Positions 43,010-52,879 of a stretch of 64,000 bases of DNA are shown here, in pieces. The position numbers and the translations under genes were made by a program. Positions within the stretch are counted from its first letter, which is position 1, and the number at the start of each line of letters is the position of its first letter. The notes beneath the pieces are model-generated. The model was not told the DNA's origin. It worked only from the letters and a program-made list of their open reading frames with translations, and did no database searches. This stretch comes from Podarcis tiliguerta (taxonomy: Eukaryota): the NCBI GenBank assembly GCA_965153285.1, contig OZ229111.1. The stretch is one strand, 5' to 3'.

Positions 43010-43400
43010 CCCAAATTTGTATCTTTTATAGGCTCCCGGCAGAGCCTGTAATACAATAATACAAAATGGAAGTTTCTCTCCCCTCTCTTCTCAAACCAAA
43101 TACATCTTGAAAGGCATTTCAAACTACCAAACTATCTTCCAAAGCTTTACAGAGAAGGAATTCTGTAAGTAGATGCCTAATGTCTGCTGAAGTAGATGGG
43201 ATGATTTAAAAAAAAAAGGGCAAGTGCTTCCTCTTAAGGAAGAGTGTGACTTGCAAGTTATGTAAGGACCAAGTTATTTAAAGGGCTTTGTACGTCATGG
43301 CCAACTCTTTGAATGGTGTGCAGGATAGGAACCCTGGTGTAATAGTGCTCCCGGATGGTCAGTCCCCTGTAAACTGAGCTGCGTTCTGCATCACCTGACC
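43010..43400 (-). mobile_element. Degraded L2 LINE 3' remnant
   Basis: aaggcatttc...aaggaattc...ggaccaagttatttaaagggctttgta...actctttgaat resembles the antisense of the L2 ORF2 end. Confidence 0.45.
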
Positions 43401-44059
43401 TCCGTAACCCACATAAATCAGGCAAGTTAGGCAACTTAGTATGACCGCATACTCTGCATAATTCTTTTATTCATCCTGGGCAGCGTCAAGAAGCTTCAAG
43501 GCTTGAGTCTCTCCCCCTGGCTTCTAGAGACCTTACTCAGCAACCGCTCTGGCTTCTGAGATTTCACCTTTCAAGCATATCTTTGTGGTTGCGTATGCTA
43601 GGAATTTACTCTTTATGTAAAGAGGGAGCGAGCACATACCCCCATGTCCAGTGGAATTGTTGTATTCAGCCAACATGGCAAGGGCTTATATAGTAGAGAT
43701 TTAAGACGCTGGGACTTGACCTGCAGAGGCAAAACTAATACATGCAACCACCTAGTCTGCAGTACAATGGCAAGATTGTGAGGATGCTATTGCAGTTGCT
43801 AGGTCTGAATTTGGATAGCAAGTCTAAAGGCATCTGATGTTCTGAAAAGTGCCCCAAGCTACTCGGGCAGTTTGGTGGTTTGGTGTACTTAAAATCCCAT
43901 AATTGAAGAGTGCTTTCTAAAGCAATACTGTACTCGTCATCACTTGAGCTTTGAGTTAAGTGGAACTACTGCTCCTGTTGGTCCTTTTCTGTTATTAGTC
44001 TGTCATCCATAGTCAGCCACCTCTACAACAGAGAACTGGGTATCCATGCTTATCTGTCC

Positions 44060-44720
44060 AGCGCTGTTGCTTAATGCCAGGCAAAACAACTCACCTATGA
44101 TCTGATCATGGGCGAGGTGACTGACCTTGTGCGCATAACTGAGATATGGGTAGGTGAATTGGAGGGCCCTGACCTTAGCTTGTGTTGCCTATCTGGGTAT
44201 TTGGTGCAGTATCAGGCAAGATTGGAGCAACAGGGAAGGGATGTAGTGGTTGCTGCATTAAATTTCATCATTTGTGCCAGAAGGGCCAGCCCATCTGGGA
44301 GCTGGGGGTTTGTACCTCTGTTGGGTGGCAGATACAGGACAGTGATGTGGTTGGTGTCCTGTCCACCCACCTGCCTGACTTGGTGAAGAATTTCAGGACG
44401 TTAGTGCTGAGGGACTTCAAGATCCATGCAGGGCCTGTTGTGCCTAGGCCTCCTTGGAATTTCATGGGTACCATAGGGCTGTCTCAATAAACTGTGCACC
44501 CAACACATACTGGTGGTCATGCCCTAAATATCACCTTTGCTACTGAGTGATTGGGGAAGGATCTGGTGGTGATTACTACCCCACTGAACCAAGAGAGAGA
44601 TCAAATCTGATGTATTTCTGAATGATCTGGGGGATTTTTCAGGCAGCATGGCTGTTGCTTCTGTTGAGGCCCTAGTTTCATTTTAAAATGGCAAGATAGG
44701 GAAATTGATATGATCGCTCC
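44060..44720 (+). mobile_element. Degraded L2/CR1-group LINE endonuclease (APE) remnant
   Basis: LLLNAR, DLVRITEIW (DLACITETW-like), SGYLVQYQAR, VLRDFKIHA (VLGDFNIHA-like) and PTH..GH motifs across frameshifts. Confidence 0.7.
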
Positions 44721-46809
44721 TAGACCAATTTCAGAATTGTTTTCAGGCTGCTTTACTACAAAAACAGGTTTGGTCACCCTGACTGATCACTTTTATTGGG
44801 AGAGAAACCCCTACAACCCTGTGGATTCTTGATCTCTGAGACATTTAGTATCATCATTGAACATTGTGCTCTGGAACAACTCAGAGGGTTGGGGACTTGG
44901 AAGCACCTTATTTCTGTAGTTCTTCTCTCACCTGCTAGGTCATTACCAGAAAGCAGTACTTGGATATTGTTGCCCAATCCTGTGTGTGCAGAAGAACCTT
45001 GCCCAGCCTGCCAAAGGACAGAGCCATTGGGCAAGTTGAGGATTCTCAGTGTAGAAAACATTCTAAAGGTCAGGAAGCTTTTAATTCCCTCTCGTTCCAA
45101 GAAATGGTCTACAAAGACGCACATACTGAATAGCTATTACCTGTCATACGCACAGAATCCTGACAGGTGTTGTGCTTGCTGGCCACTTCTGCTGAAAAAT
45201 ATTTCTGTAAGCAAATATGTAATTCTGTCACATGATGGGGAGCGACAGCAGCCCTAGCAAAGGAAAACAAGTTGCTGCATGCTGATTGAAGGGAAGGCAG
45301 GAGACTGTTTTCTCGCTCTGCTCAGCTGGGATGCCAGGCGAGCTAGGGCCTCCAAAAATAGGGTCTGCTTTGTAGATTGTTTCAAATGGCTTTCTACAGC
45401 AAAATTAAAAATATATATGCAAACATGCACAAATGTGTTTGGCAGTATTCAAATGACAGTGTAAAATGTACACTTCTAGCAGAGTGGCTGATCCAAGGCT
45501 AGTTAAGAGCCGAGAGCTGGGCCCATAGGCAGGGGGAGTTGTGTGACGGCATTGGTCCCCTGCCCAATATGTCACTTTAGTTTCTGACACTAGCAGGATG
45601 TCTCTCATTTCAAGCTGCAGAAGGCAAACTTTCAAATCGTTGCTATGAGGAATACATGCATCCCATATGAACAGGGCTAGTTTATGAAATAAGGCCTCCA
45701 TGCCAGCTATGGGTCTTTGGGTTGTTGGTTTTAGCTGCCTTCATTCTGAGATGAAAAGCCAGTTTCTAGCCCAGTAATTTGCTCATCCTGATCTCATTGT
45801 GTAGTGTTCTCATGCTTTGTAATATCAAAGGCAAATGGGACATGCTTTTATTCATTGTCACAGTGTCTGTAAACAGGGGGTTCCTTACAAAACCCAGAAT
45901 AAACAAAAGCAGAGCTGTGGGATGTCTCATTACTGCTCCTTGCAGTTGCACTGTTTACCATCCAGTGCCTGCTGAGGTACCCAAGGAAAGTAGATTATTC
46001 TAGTTTATTTTTACAGAGTCAGACACTTGGCATATTTTTTCAGGAAGAGAGGGAAGATAAACCTCTTCTCATCAGGCTGCTCTGATGCGGATGCTTTTTG
46101 GTTGGTGGCCAATTCTAAAGGGGCAGGAGGACGGATATCATTGGGAATGGCCATTCTGTCCTGAGCCAGTTACGTCTGGAATCAACTGGCTGATTGAAGA
46201 AAGAAAAGTTTCCAAGGTTGGGAGATGCCTTTCTAGGGTACGTAGGGTTATATCCAGTGCCAGTCATAATGGAGGAGACACACTGAAGTTAATCAAAGTG
46301 GCTAACAAGGTGTCTACCTGATGGGATACAACCCTTTGCTGTTAAGTTTGGGATATGAGACCAATTTCATTCTGTGAGATGGCAGCACTTGAAGTGGGAA
46401 ATTGGTAGAAATGCATTGATGTTTTCGAAAAGAGGAAATGCATGCTTTCATAGTTTCCACCATTTTCACCACATAATTTGGGTAATATTCTTTCTTATTC
46501 AAAACTCAAGATACAACAAAATGCAGCAAGTTAGAGTTATACAACTTAAGGAAATGCGTAGTTTCCTTTAAAAGATGTAAATTTTGAAGTTTTGCTATCT
46601 GCACAATTTGAACTGAACTTCAGTGTAGAACTGAAGTTCCATGCATTTCTCTCCTATGTATATTCTGGAAAGCCCACAAAGGTTGTCAAGAGGTTCCAGA
46701 AAGCAGGGCTAACAGTGGACTTTGCAAACAGTGGTTTGCAGAATCTGGGGCTGCTGGGTTCTGGGATCTACACAAGCCGATTGTGGAGCAAGCTTGACCC
46801 ATTAACTAT

Positions 46810-46980
46810 TGCACATCGACAGGTGGGATGTAAATTGAAACCCTGACTTATATTCAAAAGGGGGAGGCCGGAGGGCAGGGCAGCTCAGTTACCAAATCTC
46901 ATGGCAAATAGCATGAGCGGACTATCCTCAAAATAGCCATGGGGAAGATATATAACAGGAGACACCGCTGGAAATAGTCA
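46810..46980 (+). promoter_or_regulatory. PPP1R27: PPP1R27 putative TATA promoter with muscle-type motifs
   Basis: TATATAA 46949-46955; MEF2-like CTCAAAATAG 46927-46936; E-box CAGGTG ~46820; not a CpG island, consistent with tissue-restricted expression. Confidence 0.6.
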
Positions 46981-47222
46981 GTCCTCAACAGGAGATCACC
47001 CACACATACTCAGTGTTTTCCAAGGAAGTCCCATCAGGAGCAGAAATCATAGCTAACATCCCACCAGCCTTTCAGGTGCAAGCGTCACAGAGAAGAGAAT
47101 CCGTTGGGTCTCAAGGCACTTCAAAGTCGTCTGGGTTGCCGTGTGCTTTTTTTATTATTCCTCAACACCATTTTTCAGTCCTGTCTCGCTGGTCTCTTGC
47201 TCTTCCTTCTACCTCTGCCACA

Positions 47223-47400
47223 ATGAAGTATTACTACCCAGACTCACTTCCCAGGTATAGGCGATATACACGAGGCCTGAAAACTGTGCGTTTCCCCAAT
47301 GACGTTCTCTTCCTGGACCATATTAGGCAGAGCGACCTGGAGCAAGTGGGCCGTTTCATCCGTGCCAGGAAGGTCACCTTGGACACTATCTACCCCTCAG
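47223..47400 (+). CDS. PPP1R27: PPP1R27 coding exon 1
   Basis: gccacaATG; CAG|gtaagt donor; 178 nt. Confidence 0.93.
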
Positions 47401-49076
47401 GTAAGTCGGACGTGGGTGAACCTAACTGAAGGGTGGTTGAATAAGCCTAAGCACTAGCAGATGCCTAATCCCAAAGTCAGGCTGTGTGTTACAAACTAGG
47501 TCATGTTTTTCCCTCTAACACTTACATCGATATAGGGAGCTATGTCACCTGAAATCCTTTAGCTAGACACTTGGGTATTGAACAGATTCTAAGGTGATAG
47601 ATGCTAAGAAAACTATGCCAATGTACAGTGCACTCTCTGAGAAAATTTAAATCCCTTTACTAATCTGCTAATGCAGCTTGTTCCTGTGTGAATAAAATAT
47701 GGCTGCTGAGTTGAGAGCAGAACAATATATCCAGTGGCAGGATGAACAGAGCAGCTTCATGCCCAGCCGTAAAGCTGAATCAGTGTTTCTTTGAGCCGTT
47801 TCCCCCAGCTATGATCTCAGCATGAAAGGCTGCACTTAAAAAAGGAATCCAGTAGTCACAGGAATTTCAGCAGTTACAGCTACTATGGCCCAGTAGATTG
47901 TTAGAGTGTGTTTGCTTCTTACTGACTTCCATCACACTTAGACTTTCATAACATTGACTCAGTATTGCAGAAGGCCATAGAAGCCTTGATTGAGGTGCTG
48001 TTCTTACAAACTGCTTACTTAATTCCCCAAATAAGTTTCTGGAACTCACTCAGCTTTGGTTAAAATAATCTTTTTCTCCGTGCAAAGAACCTGGTGGGCC
48101 AAAAATTGTCCCCTCTGTGTGCCGTTTCCCCAACAATTATAAGATAATGCAGCCTTAAAAATGTAAAGGCCCTGGTCTAGTTTCCTGAGAAAAAAAGATG
48201 CATTTTGCTTCTAGACTCCTCCCCACTGTCTCAAGCATATTAGCATAACTCCCTTTTTGTGGGATGTTTTCCTAAGATCTGCAGGTTGTGGCTGATGCAT
48301 TACCTTTTCCCATTAGGTATGGCTGCCCTCCATGAAGCTGTGCTTTCTGGGAACCTTGACTGCGTCAAGCTGTTGGTGAAATATGGTGCTGACATCAATC
48401 AGAAAGATGAGGACGGCTGGACACCCCTACACATGGCTTGCAGTGATGGTCACGCTGATATTGCAAGGTCAGAGATGCAAATTATGTTAACCTTTAATCT
48501 CTAGTCTAGCCATGCCCACCCTCTCTTGATAGGCCACAAACTTGGTCAAGGAAAACGGGGAGGGAAGTAGGGCTTGCTCAACAGTGGGTGCTAGGCTTAG
48601 ACTTGAGATGATGACATGTCTGTTGGCTAGATGACCATCCTATAGGTAGTGCTAGTCTTCGGACACTAGCAGTGATGTTTTGTGTTGGCGTGTTAAGTGA
48701 CCTATGATATCTCCCAAATATATAGGATATCTCAAGTAAGAAGGTGAGAATGGAAACCAGATATAAGAGAAGACTGGTCTCTTTATGGAAAGAGGAAAGC
48801 TTTACATTGAAACTAACAGCCAATTCACAAGTCCTCTGTATCATCTTGTATATGAAAGCATAGGGAAAAGTGCATGTATGAACTAAACTGTGCATGTGGG
48901 TATGTGTGTCAATTATGTCCTCGTCTCATCACCTCATTCTTTAATCCTGCAGGTACCTCATCTCTCTTGGTGCCCAGCGTGATGCTACCAATGATGAAGG
49001 GGAGAAGCCATCTGACCTAATTGACCCAGAGTACAAGGAGCTTGTGGAGCTTTTCAAAGCAGCCCGAGTAGACTAA
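47223..49076 (+). CDS. PPP1R27: Protein phosphatase 1 regulatory subunit 27 (ankyrin repeats), 3-exon CDS, 453 nt, 150 aa
   Basis: join(47223-47400,48317-48467,48953-49076). RVxF-type motif KTVRF followed by PNDVLFLDHIRQ; ankyrin repeats GMAALHEAVLSGNLDCVKLLVKYGADINQKDEDGWTPLHMACSDG; C-terminus YLISLGA...PSDLIDPEYKELVELFK; synteny with P4HB. Confidence 0.96.
48317..48467 (+). CDS. PPP1R27: PPP1R27 coding exon 2
   Basis: cttttcccattag acceptor; AAG|gtcaga donor; 151 nt. Confidence 0.95.
48953..49076 (+). CDS. PPP1R27: PPP1R27 coding exon 3 to stop
   Basis: ttctttaatcctgcag acceptor; ends GTAGAC-TAA; 124 nt. Confidence 0.95.
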
Positions 49077-49717
49077 GCTAGTGCCGCTCAGCTCTTTCCC
49101 ATGTGGAGTTCAGCTTCCATGGCAGGCAGCAGCATTTGTTGCATGCTGCCAGGAGGCTAGCAAAGTTGCCCCTACTACGTTGGCAAGAGTGTACGGCCTC
49201 CTAAAAGAGACCACAGTTTGGTTGTAATGTGTATGTATGAGAGTGGCTACCTTGGGGTTTATCAGAGAGCTATGCTTGGGATAGCCCTTCCAGAAAATGT
49301 AAACTTCTCTACCATGTGGCCCATTTTCTGGTACCTGCTACGGTCAGGCTTTAGTTAAAATGAGTCTAATGGCTGGGACACACTGGCCCAAACGGCACTG
49401 TTGTGCAGGAGGTTCACACAGGTGATTATGAAATGAACTGGACTGGGTACCAATTTGTGTGAACATACACCTTCCGATTATTATCTGGCAATGACTGATT
49501 TGAACAGTGCTTTCTCAAAGACATTCAACCTATTCAGGCCTGAAGAATCCTCACACAATTATCACAAAAAGAAAATAGCCCCAACTTCAAGCTGGTATCT
49601 TTCTGCTGTATATATTATCCTAAAAAATGTCATGTATAAAGTCTCACATGTTTGCTCCTAGATTTGCTTTTCTACTGTTATTTTTTATGTGGTTCTGAAA
49701 CAGCTTTTTATTTTTTC

Positions 49718-49723
49718 AATAAA
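49718..49723 (+). terminator. PPP1R27: PPP1R27 polyadenylation signal
   Basis: AATAAA in a T-rich context ~640 nt after the stop. Confidence 0.7.
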
Positions 49724-50127
49724 GTAATTTCTACAACCTTGGGTTATTTTTATTCCCTCTGCTCTTGGGAAGGGTAGCCGCACTTCCTGCCCAGACACTT
49801 TGTTTCCCAGGTTGCCCTTAGACTGTTCCCTAGCTGCACATGAGATTTTGGATATGAAATGAGGAAATGAATTCTAAAGGAAAGTAGAACAGTTTAAAAA
49901 GCAGAACAAGATATAGTGACTAATGCCTAAAAGTTCTCATTCATACACATCTGTTTAACTTTGATGGAGGACATGTATTTACCTTGAAGTTGTCCATTAG
50001 ACATTGTCCCTGCTGCACCGTTATTTCATTCTGTTAAGTAAGGGTCAATGTCCTCCTAGTGGTGCAGTAATAAAATTGTTAGCACATTTGCAAAGCTAAG
50101 CAGGGTCTGGTATGGCTTCAGATTAGA

Positions 50128-50328
50128 TGTTGAGATTCCTGCCCTGCAGGGAGTTGGACTTGATGACCCTTGGGGTCCCTTCCAATTCCACAGTTCTGTA
50201 TTATTAAATTATGCAACTTGGGTATTTTTTATTTTTTTGCAGCACTTATAATATGTGCAACATACTATAGCTCAGGTGATTGGACTAGATGACCCTCGTG
50301 GTCCCTTTCAACTCTACAATTCTATGAA
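50128..50328 (+). mobile_element. Two short CR1 3' tail fragments
   Basis: ttggacttgatgacccttggggtcccttccaa and ttggactagatgaccctcgtggtccctttcaactctacaattctatga; a similar tail lies at ~24445-24522. Confidence 0.65.
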
Positions 50329-51779
50329 TCTTTGCATGCTCTTTTCTCTGGAAGACAGAAGAATGAAATGGCAATGCAAGATGGTGGATATTAGCCCTCA
50401 GCTGTGCATTGTTTCTGATAATTGCACAGTCTATGGTACACCACACAGTTTGAAGAAATTAAATAATCGGGCTTCTTTTGTTTGTGGCTGCTTCTTTCTG
50501 ATAGGTTTCAGGTACAGAGGTGTTGTTCCTGCAACCTATCACTTGGAAGGGGAATAAGAGGCCTGTAATAAAGTTCTTACTATTTTTGTCCCAAATGACT
50601 TGAGTTGGCTTTAGTAATGACTTGGCAAATCCATGAACAAGACGGGAAGAAAATTAGATGTGGCATTTCTTGGAGAAGAGTCAATGCTTGGAGGTTTGTC
50701 CACTCAGAGACACCTGATAAGTGCCAAATACTACTTCCCAGTCGGATAGTTTGTCTCTTGGTGAAAATCAGTAGTGAATCACTTGCACCATCTGTGTCAG
50801 CATGCTCTGACAGAAGTAGGGCAGCTCTGCACAACTCACAGTTGCTTCAGGCTTCCTACATATTTGGTTAGGTGTCACTGTGGTTGCCATCTAAGCATAC
50901 ATCACCATGCAGAGCTATTGTCAGGGCTCACTCTATAATACACTGCACATGCATTAAGTTTGGGGACACTGCTCAATATCCTGAGATCCTCAGCTTTACT
51001 TTTAAATAACCTTTAGCCCTGGCAATAGATGATAGGCACAGACAATGCCCAATAAGATGATAAGCAAGGTGTTGTACAGGATTGGTCAGAAGTCAGGGCT
51101 TCAGTGTCCAGCAATGATATTTGATCTGCCCTTGTCTCTTAAGCAAAAACAAGTGGTTTTCTCTTATTTTTACCTACATTTGTTTGGTTACATTTAGGAG
51201 ACTTTTGTTGAAACCTTAGTTCCTAATGTGTTGGAGTTGTACTAAACCAGGAAGTCTCCACTCCCATGATTCCCCTTCCGAATGCAGCACTTTAAAATGC
51301 TTCTACAGAACACTGTGTAATGACAAAAACCCATTCAAATGGGCAAGTTAAAAATGAATTTTAAAAATACTACAAGAGAGTGTGAGAGAAAGGGATTGCT
51401 TTTGTATTGCTATTTGAAGTGTCAATCTATATAGTGTGCCCTATCCTGAAGGCTTGGGCAAGGTCTAAAATTAATCTTCCACCAGAAAAACAATTAAAAT
51501 TTCCTAATTAATGGGAAATTTCTCCATCCTTTCTGTCAACCATGCATCCTAAATGCCATCCCAAAGAGAGCTAGATCTCGGAAAACTGGAGAAGGCTCTT
51601 TTCAGATTGCAATTCGAATACAAACACGGAAAATGTTAATGTAAACGTGTGAAATCATGTCAATGATTCCCATCCACCCACTAATCACAGAACCGTCCAC
51701 ACTTAGTTGGCGTAGATTTAGAGCGTAATGATTATGAAAACAGGATGTGGAGAGAAGCCTCAAATGTCCACAAAACGGG

Positions 51780-52600
51780 GCACACGGTAAACTGGGGTGG
51801 GGGTGGGGGGGTAGCGCTCAGTTAGATCCTGACCCAAGCCTGGGAAGCGGCGACTCTGCTTTGGGCAATGCCGACTTCCCGAAGCTCACAAAGGAGGGAA
51901 AGGCGATCTCTTTTAAGAAGCCTCCGTCCCGCTCCGGCTTCTACCCCATTTTCCCGTTTCTGGAGACCCTCCCCGCCCTCTCCCGCGTCTCCCAGAGCTT
52001 CTCTTCCCCACCCCTCACTCCCGTTTCCATGGATACCCCTCCCTGCCCAGCCGCTGCGTTTCCATGGAAACCTCCTCCCTCGGGTACTAGGTGCAGGGGC
52101 TACCCGGGCCCATTCGCCCGCAGTGCGCACGCGCAGCCCGGCCTAGGCGCTCTCTTCCGCCCCGGGCCTGGCAGCAGCGAGAGAAGCCGGGACTTAACCC
52201 GGGCCCAGGTGAAGAGGGTTGCGGGGTGGGGAATTGAGGGTGGGGCCGCGGCGAGTGGGGCGCCCTTTCTTCCCCGGCCCCCCGTGGAAGTGCTCCCTTT
52301 CTGTTCCTCTGGGCCTAGTAGCGCAGTCCCCAAACTCCACGCCTGCCTTGTTGTCGTTCGGGGCCGGGAGAAGTGTGGCTGCTTGGGCCTCCCTCTCCCC
52401 GCACCTCCCTCGGGAAGCTTGACATCCCATCTCCGTGCCTGAGGGAAGCGTGGGGTTGCGGATTGGAGGGGGGGGTTGTTGAGGGAAGTATTGGGGTTCC
52501 CCAAGGCGCAGGTGCCTCTAGGAACTGGACTCGGAGCAGGGAGGAGGGCGGTGGGGTCCCGAAGTGGTGGTCGGGGGGCTCCAGGGCTTTTTGACACATT
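51780..52600 (+). promoter_or_regulatory. MCRIP1: MCRIP1 CpG-island promoter and probable non-coding exon 1 (donor CAG|gtgaag at 52208/52209)
   Basis: GC/CpG-rich; X-boxes GTTTCCATGGATAC 52023-52036 and GTTTCCATGGAAAC 52058-52071; NRF1-like TGCGCACGCGCA 52124-52135; ETS-like CTTCCG. Confidence 0.8.
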
Positions 52601-52871
52601 GGGGGATTTTTAGCGATGGGGTGGGACTTATCGGTAGTGTGGTAGGAGGGTGGTTGGGATCCTGCTTTCTATGCCTGTAAGATGCTGCAATCTCCTTAAA
52701 TGTAATAGCAGAGGTGGGCATAGATAACCGAAGTCAGTTACCGGAGCAATTTGTCCCCACCCGTGGGATTTATTGAGGGTCCGTCCCCATTGAGCTCAGT
52801 GTCTTGTCTTTGTTTTAGCACCGCCAAGCCACACATCCAGGACTTGGGCCAGGGCTGGGAAAGAGGCAGCC

Positions 52872-52879
52872 ATGACGAG
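52872..52879 (+). CDS. MCRIP1: MCRIP1 first coding segment (ATG ACG AG) at the end of exon 52819-52879
   Basis: tgttttag acceptor ending at 52818; gcagccATG; AG|gtgaga donor; phase matches the next exon. Confidence 0.88.

Noticed and set aside
44796-45257. 153-aa + strand ORF between P4HB and PPP1R27
   Set aside because: Non-ATG start, no homology recognised, no supporting splice structure.
51747-52599. Several long overlapping Pro/Gly/Arg-rich ORFs on both strands
   Set aside because: Expected in a GC-rich CpG island (MCRIP1 promoter); the same applies to 20785-21751 at P4HB apart from true exon 1.
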